NCBI GenBank assembly: GCA_964016885.1
Contig: OZ024741.1
Span: 284,084,001-284,148,000, forward strand
Origin: Eledone cirrhosa
Taxonomy: Eukaryota
Direction: 5' to 3'
Length of the DNA stretch: 64,000 nucleotides
Both the position numbers and the translations under genes were made by a program. Numbering within the stretch: position 1 is the first letter of the stretch; each line of letters begins with the position of its first letter. Positions 1 to 15,264 of the stretch are shown here, in pieces. The notes beneath the pieces were generated by a model. The model was given only the letters and a program-made list of their open reading frames with translations. It made no database searches and was not told the DNA's origin.

Positions 1-111
1 ATCATGGCATAAGCATTTTTATATTTGAAAGAGCCCATCTTTCTCTACATCTAACTACAGCTGATTTTATCCAGAGAGAAAAAGAAAAAAGAGAGGAAGT
101 GAGAAAGATAT

Positions 112-268
112 AACACCAGTACTGGGCTGGCACTCTATTTATCAATGCAGAAAGGACGAAAGACAAAATTATTATTGTCAGGATTTGAACTCAGAGTGCA
201 GAGAACCGAAAAGAGTATCACATATCATTCTATCAGATGCTAACCATTCTGTTACTTAGCTGCCTTAG
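112..268 (-). mobile_element. Old diverged tRNA-derived octopus-type SINE fragment
   Basis: Reverse strand reads taaggcagctaagtaacagaatggttagca...ctctgagttcaaatcctgac (B-box-like GTTCAAATCC)...ctttcgtcctttctgcattgataaa...gtgccag; homologous to the fragments at 1369 and 2211. Confidence 0.65.
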
Positions 269-462
269 CTCTAATGTATTGAGTTGTGTAATAAATAAAG
301 AAATATTGTAAAGAAAATTATAAATAAAACAGATGAAGAGAAAATCATGTAAAATTATGAAATAGGAATAAAACTAAATTGATACTGACCATTAACTTGG
401 CTGGAAATCATCAGTAATATTAGTATTACTTCTTTAGAGAGTCTTGGTCTTGATTCAACATA

Positions 463-464
<2 letters not shown>

Positions 465-494
<30 letters not shown>
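465..494. repeat. (CT)n microsatellite
   Basis: Directly visible. Confidence 0.95.
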
Positions 495-498
<4 letters not shown>

Positions 499-1368
499 CT
501 ACAATAACTATAACAAATAGTGTCTTTTTACAAGGTATGAAGGCCTAGTGTTTTAGGTCTTAATTTTTAACATCCTGCAAATGTTCATCAAGCAAACTCT
601 ATATAGATTCTATCTATTTCCATGTCAGAACTGGTTGAGTGAATGTCACTGATGAGAGATTAACAAAGCTTGAAACAACACTGTTTGGTATTCTCAACTG
701 CTACTGGCATATCTGTGACATATTCACAGAGAAAGAAAGAGAAAATATTTTTTTTTGTAACGAAAAAGTATTTTTACAGAAGGAAGCAAAATTATAAATC
801 ACACTTTTTTGGAGTTATGAACTTAACGATTTATTTAATTGTTATGAAATGGCAAAAAAAGATCCCTCTGCTGGCTATATGAACAGAATGAAGCTATACT
901 GTGACGAAATACATCCAGAACTAAATCATTTCACAACCAAATAATTACGCCAGCAAGCAACGTTTGTTGAATGTAAAATATTTTTAACATTATTCATTAC
1001 CTTCGGGTGGTTTTCTGCTAGCATGTGTGGTGTGTATATTGATATTATACGCAAGTATATATACATGTAGATATGATACATCAAATAAAATCTTATTTGA
1101 CAATATAAACAAAAATTGAATGAAGACGTTGTTACACTGTCTTATGTAATCAGTAACATAATCCATGATACATTAAAAAAAGACAACTAACTGCATTAGG
1201 AGAAAATTAGTATGTTTATTTAAGTGATCGCCACCGGAAGTGTTGACATCACACACTCTCTCTTTCTGGTAGTTGAAGTGGTGGTGGTGTCAACGATATA
1301 GCAGACCTTCCTTTATTATAGTTTAGATAAGTCCACCCACACCATGCTTTGCAACATAGAGTTACAGC

Positions 1369-1413
1369 ACTTTACGTTCTGAGTTCAAATTCCGCCGAGG
1401 TTAGCTTTGCCTT
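1369..1413 (+). mobile_element. SINE fragment (octopus-type tRNA-SINE)
   Basis: tttacgttctgagttcaaattccgccgaggttagctttgcctt: B box plus start of the SINE body, followed by (CATA)n/(GACA)n. Confidence 0.65.
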
Positions 1414-2210
1414 GCATACATACATATAGGCATGCATGCATGTATACATACATATATACATACATACATGCTTACATACATACATATAGACAGACAGACA
1501 GAAACGTGTCCATTTGCAACATACTTATTTATTCAATTTAAGCTAGTAAGCTATGACAGATAATGGAAAGTATTGAGTACTTACAGTTAGTAATCAAAAA
1601 GAGCTAGAGAGACAAATCATTTTTAAAAATTAAATGAATTTAGAAAAGAAAGAAAGATAAATGGAAAAAAAAAATGAAATAAAAATTAAAATTTCATTTA
1701 ATGAAGGTCAATGGGAGGCAGATTATACATAAGAAAACAAAAAAGAACAGGAAAATATGAAACAAAGGAAGCTGTAAAACAGCTAGAAGTTTCTGTTGTT
1801 GAATCTTTTTGTAGCTTCCGTGTACTCAAAGATTTTGTATATATTTGATAGACTATTAATCATATATAGAACTTCCAATCTTGGTAGTTTTTTTAAAGAT
1901 CAGTTTCAATGTGGTTTCTCTTTCAGACAGATAGTTTCTACATTGGAACAAATAGTGTCAAAGAGTTTCTGGAGATTCACCACAAGAACATAGAGGTGAA
2001 TCTCTACGGCCTGTTCTTGGTAAATTCACATAGATATATTTACATATATACACGCATTAACTCATTCACTGTTTTGACTCAAAAGTCTTGTAACTTTTAT
2101 AGGGTCACAATTGAATTCTGCTAAAAAGAATTGACATAAATCTGAAAAATAAAAACCTGTTCATGCCCTCACAGTTTTTTCCATCATTTCGTGATGCAAA
2201 GTGTCGATGC

Positions 2211-2347
2211 TGTTCAAATCCCACCAAGGTCAACTTTGCCTTTCATCATTCCAGGGTCATTAAATGAAGTACCAGTCAAATATGGGGGTTAATTGAATTA
2301 ACTTTGCCCTTCCCACAAGTTTTCAGACCGTGTACCTAAATTAGAAA
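2211..2347 (+). mobile_element. SINE fragment (octopus-type tRNA-SINE body)
   Basis: gttcaaatcccaccaaggtcaactttgcctttcatcattccagggtcattaaatgaagtaccag...cctaaattagaaa; same family as 112-268 and 1369-1413. Confidence 0.7.
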
Positions 2348-2480
2348 TTTATATCATGTCTACCAATATGAAACAACTTACCTCCAGAACAGTCAAGTAG
2401 AGATGAGCAACTTCACCAGATGGCAATCGTGATTGAATTGTTCCTCAAAACTATTGAGTTGTACGCCTGTATAATGTAGA

Positions 2481-2899
2481 AGTTACATGATAATAGGTGC
2501 TCCTATTGTTAATCATGATATGGACCATATATACATGGACAATTATGCATATACACATGCACACACTTCCCCCACACACACACTCACATAAACACTCCCA
2601 TAAACAAACTCCCATAAACACTCACATACATACATACATATATATATATATATGTATGTATGTATGTGAGTGTTTATGGGAGTTTTCTGTATGGGTATTA
2701 GTGCTTATTCATATATGCAAATGTATTGATAGTGAGCATGTCAATATATGATGAATAAATATGAATTGGTATGTGCATGTATCTGTTATGTGAGGTGTGT
2801 GTGTGTATGGGAGGTGTGTGCGTGTGTATATTCATAACTGTCCATGTATATATGGTCCATATCATGATTAACAATAGAAGCAACTATTATCATGTAACT
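2481..2899. repeat. Diverged fold-back/MITE-like inverted repeat (~100-bp arms) with a nested inner palindrome
   Basis: agttacatgataataggtgctcctattgttaatcatgatatggaccatatatacatggaca (2481-) is the imperfect reverse complement of ~2800-2899; inner arms ~2610-2682 are centred on (CATA)n(TA)n(TATG)n. Confidence 0.8.
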
Positions 2900-2981
2900 A
2901 TGTATGTATATATATATATGTATATATATATATATACATATGTATGTCTATATATATATATATATATATACATATGTATGT

Positions 2982-3025
<44 letters not shown>

Positions 3026-3127
3026 GTATGTATACATATATATATATGTATGTATACATATATATATATATATACATATGTATTTATATATATATATATA
3101 TATATACATATGTATGTATATATATAT
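2900..3127. repeat. (TA)n/CATATG-TATG compound microsatellite at the left edge of the cluster
   Basis: Directly visible. Confidence 0.95.
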
Positions 3128-3382
3128 TCATCATCATCATCATCATCGTTTAACGTCCGTGTTCCAAGCTTGCATGGGGTTGGACGGGAGTTTTCCCACT
3201 TGAGGCAAGAGTGATTGTCTTGCTCGCGTAGGACTGTCTGGCGGGTTTTCTACAGCTGGATGCCCTTCCTAACACCAACCACATTTACAGTGTGGGGCTG
3301 GGAGGTTTTTACCGTGTTGCCTACACGGCCACATTACAGTGTGGACTGTGTGTTTTTTTGTCATGACAACTACACGATCTCA
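3128..3382 (-). mobile_element. RTE family A, 3' UTR-only fragment with (GAT)n tail
   Basis: (cat)n-cgtttaacgtccgtgttcc...ggatgcccttcctaacaccaacc matches the 3' UTR of the full-length copies at 38027-42690 and 44232-48088. Confidence 0.9.
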
Positions 3383-3608
3383 TTATATGTATGTATATAT
3401 ATATATTATATATATATATATATTTGTTTAGCAAGATTCTTTATCTGAAATCGTGTGTTGAAACCGATATTGCTATACTTTGGGAGGGTCATGTTGCCAA
3501 TAAGAAACACACGCACCACTTGCTTTCACTTCAATTTATTATATATTAATAAATTTATAAATTTCTGGTTGGTTGGTTGGTTCCACAACCAGATAGTTGT
3601 TTATATAT

Positions 3609-3653
3609 AGTCATAGTTCTTTCGTCACACACTCTGTGACCTCTTCAGTGACT
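3609..3653 (-). ncRNA. Minimal type I hammerhead ribozyme (PLE-1 left arm)
   Basis: Reverse complement of 5619-5663. Confidence 0.8.
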
Positions 3654-4590
3654 GGGGATTCCTTTTTTTCTTTCTGTGCCTCTCCTTTGTTCTGTCCTAC
3701 GCCATTTTGTTTCTGTGTGTGCGTTGTGTGCTCAGTCTGCGCATGCGCCACATCCGGGTGTCTGTGTGTGTTTATGTTCATTTATCTATTTGTTTATTTA
3801 CATGTTACTGGTTGGTTGTTTGTTCTATGTGTGTGTGTGTTTTAATTTTGTCCTTAATTGTAAGTTGTGATGTTGCTGTTCCACTCATATTTTCTATTTA
3901 ATTTTGGTTGTAATTCTTTTATGTTTATTGCCTCTGTAATTTGTCTAAACATTGCGTCTTTTCTGTGTGTAGATTCTATTTTTATTTCTATGTTCTCTAA
4001 TTTACCCTTGTGTTCTATCTTAGCATATTGGTAGAGTACAGATGATTCTTTATTATCTTGAAGGTCTCGCCAGTGTTCATTTATCCGTTCCCCTACACTA
4101 CGAGCTGTCTCACCTATGTACACTATATTTTTGTCTCTACATTGTCCTTCAGTACATCTTATACTATACACTACATTTCTAATTTTACAGTTAATATGGG
4201 GGCTTATTTTACAGGTTACACATTTCTTATCTATACATGAGGGTCTTTGAAAAGGGTATGTCTTGCTAATAAGTGTTTTTACGGAGGAACCTGGTCTTTC
4301 TACTATCTTAATATTGAGTTTATGTTTATTTAGGGCCCTTCTAAATTTGTAAGCTAGTTCACCTCTAGGGGTTGTATCGATGAACATTACACTCTGGTAT
4401 TTATTGCTATCATACCATGAGTTTATTCTATTAGCCTTGTTCCTAGTTCTTTCTATTCTATTCCAAAATTTGCTCCTATACAAGGGGCAGGTCCCATTTA
4501 TGTCATTATTTACCATTTTTTCCCATTTGGTTCTGGCTCCTTTTGGTTCTGACACATTTCTCATCACCCGTACCAAATCCGCAATCATAC

Positions 4591-5417
4591 TGATTGCGGA
4601 TTTGGTACGGGTGATGAGAAATGTGTCCCGCATGTGCAACCCCGAAGAACTAGAGAGACACATACAACACTTCATCCACCGTATGCAGTTCTCTGGCTAC
4701 AATCAGAGAGATAGAATCAGAGTGTATAGAGGAGCCAGAACCAAATGGGAAAAAATGGTAAATAATGACATAAATGGGACCTGCCCCTTGTATAGGAGCA
4801 AATTTTGGAATAGAATAGAAAGAACTAGGAACAAGGCTAATAAAATAAACTCATGGTATGATAGCAATAAATACCAGAGTGTAATGTTCATCGATACAAC
4901 CCCTAGAGGTGAACTAGCTTACAAATTTAGAAGGGCCCTAAATAAACATAAACTCAATATTAAGATAGTAGAAAGACCAGGTTCCTCCGTAAAAACACTT
5001 ATTAGCAAGACATACCCTTTTCAAAGACCCTCATGTATAGATAAGAAATGTGTAACCTGTAAAATAAGCCCCCATATTAACTGTAAAATTAGAAATGTAG
5101 TGTATAGTATAAGATGTACTGAAGGACAATGTAGAGACAAAAATATAGTGTACATAGGTGAGACAGCTCGTAGTGTAGGGGAACGGATAAATGAACACTG
5201 GCGAGACCTTCAAGATAATAAAGAATCATCTGTACTCTACCAATATGCTAAGATAGAACACAAGGGTAAATTAGAGAACATAGAAATAAAAATAGAATCT
5301 ACACACAGAAAAGACGCAATGTTTAGACAAATTACAGAGGCAATAAACATAAAAGAATTACAACCAAAATTAAATAGAAAATATGAGTGGAACAGCAACA
5401 TCACAACTTACAATTAA
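4591..5417 (+). pseudogene. PLE-1 ORF C-terminus (RT thumb/linker + GIY-YIG endonuclease), 5'-truncated
   Basis: LIADLVRVMRN...CIDKKCVTC...NVVYSIRC...YIGETARSVGERINEH...EAINIKELQPKLNRK; mirror copy at 3854-4540 on the minus strand. Confidence 0.85.
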
Positions 5418-5618
5418 GGACAAAATTAAAACACACACACACATAGAACAAACAACCAACCAGTAACATGTAAATAAACAAATAGATAAATGAACATAAA
5501 CACACACAGACACCCGGATGTGGCGCATGCGCAGACTGAGCACACAACACACACACAGAAACAAAATGGCGTAGGACAGAACAAAGGAGAGGCACAGAAA
5601 GAAAAAAAAGGAATCCCC

Positions 5619-5663
5619 AGTCACTGAAGAGGTCACAGAGTGTGTGACGAAAGAACTATGACT
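5619..5663 (+). ncRNA. Minimal type I hammerhead ribozyme (PLE-1 right arm)
   Basis: Stem I AGTCA/TGACT; core CTGAAGA plus one extra G; stem II GTCACA/TGTGAC; GAAA; tiny stem III G-AA-C; predicted cleavage CUA^ after 5658. Confidence 0.8.
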
Positions 5664-5797
5664 ATATATAAACAACTATCTGGTTGTGGAACCAACCAAC
5701 CAACCAGAAATTTATAAATTTATTAATATATAATAAATTGAAGTGAAAGCAAGTGGTGCGTGTGTTTCTTATTGGCAACATGACCCTCCCAAAGTAT

Positions 5798-5855
<58 letters not shown>

Positions 5856-5955
5856 GTTAAAATACTGGAGTGTGTTGGAGTTAAACACCCTCTTCGTATT
5901 ATAGAAATGACAGTAAAAGGTATAGCTCAATGTAGTTAAACAGAGCCGAAAAATT

Positions 5956-7555
5956 CGTGATGATGCATTGTTTGTAATTAACTCTAGCACCAACAATGTA
6001 GAACATAATAAGAAGAAGCTTTATAAGTTTTTTAAAAGCTATAACCTTTCGATCACGATAGATAGAAATGATAGAGCGGTTAACTTTTTAGATGTGACTT
6101 TGGACTTGGTCACTAATAGTTTTAAACCCTTCCATAAGCCTAATGAAATACTTTCTTATGTTAGTCCCAATTCTAACCACCCCAAGTCTATGATAAGCTC
6201 TATAATTAAGGGTGTATCTAATAGGATTTCCACACTCTCTAAGGACATTTAATGAACATGCGGAGTACTATAATAATGCCCTAGCAAATTCAGGTTACTC
6301 TAGTAAAATACAATATAATAATAGTAACCTTAGAAAGTTTCCGTCTACTTTTAATAATAATAACATAATATCACATAACATGGCCATGAATGGGAGTAGC
6401 AAATATAGTAACCGTAAAAATTATATAGGTGTATCTGAACCCATCCATAAGTTAACCCACCGAACCCGTAATAGTGAATATAATACCTCTAGGAAACAAG
6501 TTGAACCCCCTGAGCGCTCACACATTGGTGATAATTTTGCTGGATCTTATTCTAATAATGTTGCTCCTACTGATCCTATCATTGGCCCTAATCCTTATGA
6601 TGGGATTCTGGACAGCAGCAGATCTACTGGAGGTAGAAACTGTAATAGACTTAATGAAATTTTGGCTGATTCTATGTATGTGGCTTTAACTAATCCTTGT
6701 AGTAACCCTAGTCTCGATGGTAGGATATTTGATAATGGTAGAGTCGGTAAGAATAAAAATAGAAGGCGATTAAATACTTATTTTAACCCGCCATATAATC
6801 AGGAAGTATCAACTAATATCCCTAGGTCTTTCTTCTCTATCTTAGAGAAAAATGTCCCCCCTTCTCATAAATACCATAGTATTTTTAATAAAAATGTTAT
6901 TAAACTTTCATTCTCTACCACCCCTAATATTAGTTCTCATTTAGCTAGCACTAACAATAGGAAAATTAGGGATGGATTCTCCTCTCTACATACTACTAGT
7001 CTGAACAGATCTGGCAATGCATTACCACCAGAACAGTCCTTATCTAATAGCAATCCTACGTGTAATGCATCACCACTTGAGTCAACCAATAACACCCGGA
7101 AGTGCAATTGTAGAGTGAGTGCTAACTGCCCTTTAAACGGTAACTGCCTTTCTAAGAACATTGTCTATGCTTGCGAAGTTATAACTAATTCCTCTAATAG
7201 AACTTATATAGGCTCTACATCTAACACTTTTAAGACTAGGTTTAACTCTCATATCTCTAATTTCAAGCATGTTAAGTTTAAGAATTCTACTTCTTTAGCA
7301 CATTATATCTGGGATCTTAAGGGAGCTAATATACCATATAGCCTTAACTGGCGTTTAGTAGCACGCTCTAACCACCTTTCTACACATACTAAGTTTTGTA
7401 ATCTCTGTATCCTCGAGACACACTCTATAATCTTCTCTAGCGCATCTTTACTTAATAGAAAGTCTGAGATATTCTCTTCTTGCCCCCATGCTATTTCTAA
7501 TTCATACTTTTATTATAAACCTATACGTTCTAGTAGTACAAATTGTACCCATTAG
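5956..7555 (+). pseudogene. PLE-2 RT (from the RDD motif) + GIY-YIG, frameshift near 6250
   Basis: ORFs 5968-6252 and 6212-7555; CNCRVSANCPLNGNCLSKNIVY...YIGSTSNTFKTRFNSH...CNLC...LLNRKSEIFSSCPH. Confidence 0.85.
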
Positions 7556-9356
7556 CTGGTATATTCCATTATTTATTTTTTAGTTTAGGTTCTTTTGTTT
7601 GCCAACATTATTATTATCATCATTATTATCATTGGTTTTTGATGACTCTTTATTCTAGCTCTCATAATCTTTTGGCTACTGTACCATATCTATCTTCTTA
7701 TGCATTAAATTTTCACTATTACACCTTATGAATGTATATAAGATTATATATTTTACGCTATTTATTTTATTTTATTCTTATTTTTATTCGGATTCTTCTT
7801 TGGAAACCCCCTCCCCCCCCCCATGCGCACATAAACTTAGTGTCAACCCCTCCAAATTGACTATGATTATATTATATTTAACCCCCCCCCCCTCCTTTAC
7901 GCTCCTTTCTATTATGTAATATAGTATATCGACTATATTTTATGCCCCTTTGCATCCTCCATATATTTCTCCATTTCTGTCCCTATTAGCCTACCTTGAT
8001 TCTGCTTAAGTCAGTTCTTTAGATATCGTTATGTATATGATAATAAAAAAATTTCATTCCTTTTTGTAAACATTTGTAACGAAATATTAACGTTTATAAA
8101 CTTTAATGACTTAAACTATAGCTAATATTATACTGCCTTATTGAATAGTTTAAATATTTTTAATATTAATTTATCAAATAGGGTTTTTGAGTCATTTACA
8201 GGGGTTGTTTTCTTAGTTTTTACTTAACTACTTAACTGCATGTGAGACCTAAATGTATACGTTTGTTTTTGTTTTTTTAATTTCCGGTTGATTCTATTTA
8301 TTTACTTTATTCTATATTTTATATTTTATATTTTATTTGTAATACTACTGTGCATTATATTTACTGTCTGGCACTTACTCACTCATCCATATACATGTCT
8401 GTCTACCAACCTTGTAATTATAAGTAATTATATATTATATTATATTAATTTATTTTATATAATATATTATATTATATTGTATTTTTTATTGTAATATTGA
8501 TCCTTATTACTTACCGTTAATTATATGTAACATTATGATATGTTAAACTTTATATATCATGTAAGATGTTTGAACTTTTGTACCATCAAAATTTTTTTGA
8601 GGTATTGTACAATTTATTTTTCCTCGCCTACTCTGTAACCCTGTATGAATTGATTTGTTAACTTGAGTACCTTTATATTGTTTATTATAAATGTTAGTAT
8701 ATTGTATATTGTAAATGTTAATATATTATTATTATATTATTATTGTGACATCTATATTGTTTGTGTAAATTAACCGGAGATTATCTATCCTATTATATTG
8801 TATTATATAGTATATAACTGTATTATTTATTATTTATTATATGTGCTACTTATAATTATATCATATTATTACCTCATGTATATTGGGTAGACGTATTAGT
8901 AATATTATTATTATTATTTTCATTCCTATCATGCTTATTTTTATATTCAAACTCTTAATAAGGTTTAATTTGTGCAGTTGAAGATGGATGTGTATATTGT
9001 TGTATGTGTATGTGTGTGTACGTGTGCGCACATATATACATATGCATATTGTACCTTTTGATTTTTATTGTAATTTTAATGTTGGTAATGGTATATTATA
9101 TTATATTATATTATATCACATTGTATTATATATAATTCCTGCTATATATAACCACCTTTGTTTAGCTCTAGGTTTTTTTTTGCTTTGGACTATATTTGTA
9201 ATATGGTTCTTAATGTTATATACATCCTTAGTAATTTTATTATATATTTTTATTATTTTTATTATACATTTTTGCAATACTTTAGTGTATGTACACTCCA
9301 TATTCTTTGGAGCTTCCGGCTTGTATCTGCCGATATTACTTCTTGTTGTTTTAATT

Positions 9357-9394
9357 GCCCTGATGAGTCCTTAATAGGACGAAACATTGTCGGC
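9357..9394 (+). ncRNA. Minimal type I hammerhead ribozyme (PLE-2)
   Basis: GCC-CTGATGA-GTCCT(TAAT)AGGAC-GAAA-C(ATT)G-TC^-GGC; canonical core, GUC cleavage after 9391; AATAAA at 9396-9401. Confidence 0.9.
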
Positions 9395-9439
9395 TAATAA
9401 AGACTTTTGATGTATTGAAGGCTTCATTGTTTTACTCTC

Positions 9440-9441
<2 letters not shown>

Positions 9442-9518
<77 letters not shown>

Positions 9519-9677
9519 GTATGTATGTATATATATATACATATGTATGTATGTATATATATATACATATGTATGTATGTATATATATATACATATGTAT
9601 GTATGTATGTATGTATGTATATATATATACATATGTATGTATGTATGTATGTATGTATATATATATACATATGTATG

Positions 9678-9714
<37 letters not shown>

Positions 9715-9719
9715 GTATG

Positions 9720-9756
<37 letters not shown>

Positions 9757-9765
9757 GTATGTATG

Positions 9766-9796
<31 letters not shown>

Positions 9797-9858
9797 GTAT
9801 GTATGTATATATATATACATATGTATGTATGTATGTATATATATATATATATATATAT
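9442..9858. repeat. (TA)n/CATATG-TATG compound microsatellite
   Basis: Directly visible. Confidence 0.95.
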
Positions 9859-10412
9859 GAGAGAGGTTGGGTTGTTGGCGACTAAAGTGGCAACCCCACC
9901 AAGGTTTCTTGGTGAGGAGGGTGACTTTGGACATCCTGCAGGACTAAAAACAAAACCTGTCAAAGGGCAAAGGAGCTCTTAAGAGTCAATGGCCATCCAA
10001 AATCACCGGGAGAGATGACCCCTTAGCCTTTGGCAAGGCAGAATTCTCGGAGAAGGAAAACTCTGATATAACACCTGCAACCCTGATGGTATCCAATGAT
10101 GTTGACTTGTTCTTCTTTTTGGTAAATATCATCTTGGTTAAGAAAGTGGGACTGGCTTTGTGCAGTGCCTTTGCTCACTATAAAAGCTTCACGGCACAGG
10201 CATTGCTTTATATCTGGAGATCTCTCCGCACTTGTCATCACATGGTACCATGGGCCCAACACTGTGTCAATAATTGTCACAGGTGTAGTGTTTGTACCAG
10301 AGTTTTCAAGTCGCTGGCTGGACTAAAAAGTCACACTCGTTCAGCGCATCGGTAGGGTTTCTCCTACATGGATATAAAGTAGTGGCCGTACTCGAAAACG
10401 AGTTGGCAGCCA

Positions 10413-10415
<3 letters not shown>
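9859..10415 (+). mobile_element. Non-autonomous bipartite RTE derivative, longest copy
   Basis: RTE-type 5' UTR motif ggagaaggaaaactctga; C-terminal C2H2 remnant [22 protein letters not shown]; 3' hairpin gtggc..actcg-aaaa-cgagt..gccac; four copies in the window. Confidence 0.7.
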
Positions 10416-14153
<3,738 letters not shown>

Positions 14154-14159
<6 letters not shown>

Positions 14160-14536
14160 GATCGAGTATCGAAAAATCGGCGCACGAGTTCACGATAAAC
14201 AAGATTCGAAATGAGCGGCAGAGGGCTCAATAATTCAGATGAATTAGAGCTATAACTATCGTTAAAATACCGTCACATATAGAACAAGTTTACAATCAAC
14301 CATACGATAAAAAATCGATAAAGGAAGATTCGGGACAAACAGATAAAAAATATCAATTAAACAATACGTCAATAATTTAAATGAATGTAAAATCATACCC
14401 GGACCCACTAGACAGGTGTTAAATCTAGCTTCATGGGTTTCTGTAAATCCTTAGACTGTACTCTATCAGCTCACATATAAATATAAAAGCCTACTAGAGC
14501 AAGCGGAACGGAGTTTTACTTTCTCAACGAGCTTTT
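14154..14536. other. Orphan non-coding insert in a TA tract (possible PLE 3' end, minus strand)
   Basis: Unique ~380 bp between TA tracts; minus strand ends ...ctttctaatata, like the hammerhead-bearing element at 14638. Confidence 0.35.
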
Positions 14537-14561
14537 ATATGTATATATATATATATATACA

Positions 14562-14644
<83 letters not shown>

Positions 14645-14775
14645 GTGAGGTTTTTTTTACAAAATGAAAAATAACCGAGGTGTCCTACACGAGTGAAAGT
14701 ATAAAGAAAAAGAGATGAAATCGAAAATGCAATAGGAGTCTTATTTTTTTTTTAAATATATATATTTATTTGGTT

Positions 14776-14813
14776 CCTTTACCGGTTTCGCAGTTCTTCT
14801 GCTTTTCAAAAGG
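14776..14813 (-). ncRNA. Variant hammerhead (U3-A8), left arm
   Basis: Reverse complement of 14858-14895. Confidence 0.75.
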
Positions 14814-14857
14814 TGAGTTGAGATGGAGGGTCTGTGGTTTTTCTCCATCTCAACTCA

Positions 14858-14895
14858 CCTTTTGAAAAGCAGAAGAACTGCGAAACCGGTAAAGG
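14858..14895 (+). ncRNA. Variant minimal hammerhead ribozyme with UUGAAAA core
   Basis: CCTT-TTGAAAA-GCAG(AAGAA)CTGC-GAAA-CCGG-TA^-AAGG: stems I and II perfect, palindromic stem III (ACCGGT), C3U/G8A covariation. Confidence 0.75.
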
Positions 14896-15264
14896 AACCA
14901 AATAAATATATATATTTTTTTTTTAAATAAAACTCCAGTTGCATTTTCGATTTCATCTCTTTTTCTTTATATATATATATATATACATATGTATGTATGT
15001 ATGTATATATATATACATATGTATGTATGTATATATATATATATATATACATATGTATGTATGTATGTATATATATATACATATGTATGTATGTATATAT
15101 ATACATATATATATATACATATGTATATATATATGTTTATATATATACATATGTATGTATGTATATATATATATACATATGCATGTATGTATATATATAC
15201 ATATATATACATATGTATGTATGTATATATATATACATATATATATATATATACATATGTATGT

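Larger units (their letters stand above)
3424..5803. mobile_element. Penelope-like element PLE-1 (Nematis/Neptune-type), 5'-truncated fold-back insertion
   Basis: Arms ~3467-4540 and 4731-5803 are near-identical reverse complements encoding a C-terminal GIY-YIG endonuclease; extra small palindrome 4551-4587/4591-4627; hammerhead motif in both arms. Confidence 0.9.
5852..9441 (+). mobile_element. Penelope-like element PLE-2 (Hydra-clade-like), 5'-truncated, ~1.9-kb AT-rich 3' UTR
   Basis: RT remnant RDDALFV...VNFLDVTLDL...PFHKPN...YVSPNSNHP followed by GIY-YIG with CxC-x5-C; hammerhead and AATAAA near the 3' end; flanked by (TA)n. Confidence 0.85.
14638..14970. mobile_element. Miniature PLE-type fold-back insert (PLE-3)
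   Basis: Arms ~14700-14828 and 14843-14970 are inverted; unpaired ~60-nt tail at 14638-14699; variant hammerhead in each arm. Confidence 0.75.

Noticed and set aside
670-2124. Short ORFs in the left flank as host exons
   Set aside because: No recognisable domains, non-ATG starts, and no supportable splice structure.
14425-14475. Hammerhead on the minus strand (CTGATAGA...GAAA)
   Set aside because: Non-canonical core spacing, poor stem II and no valid cleavage triplet.
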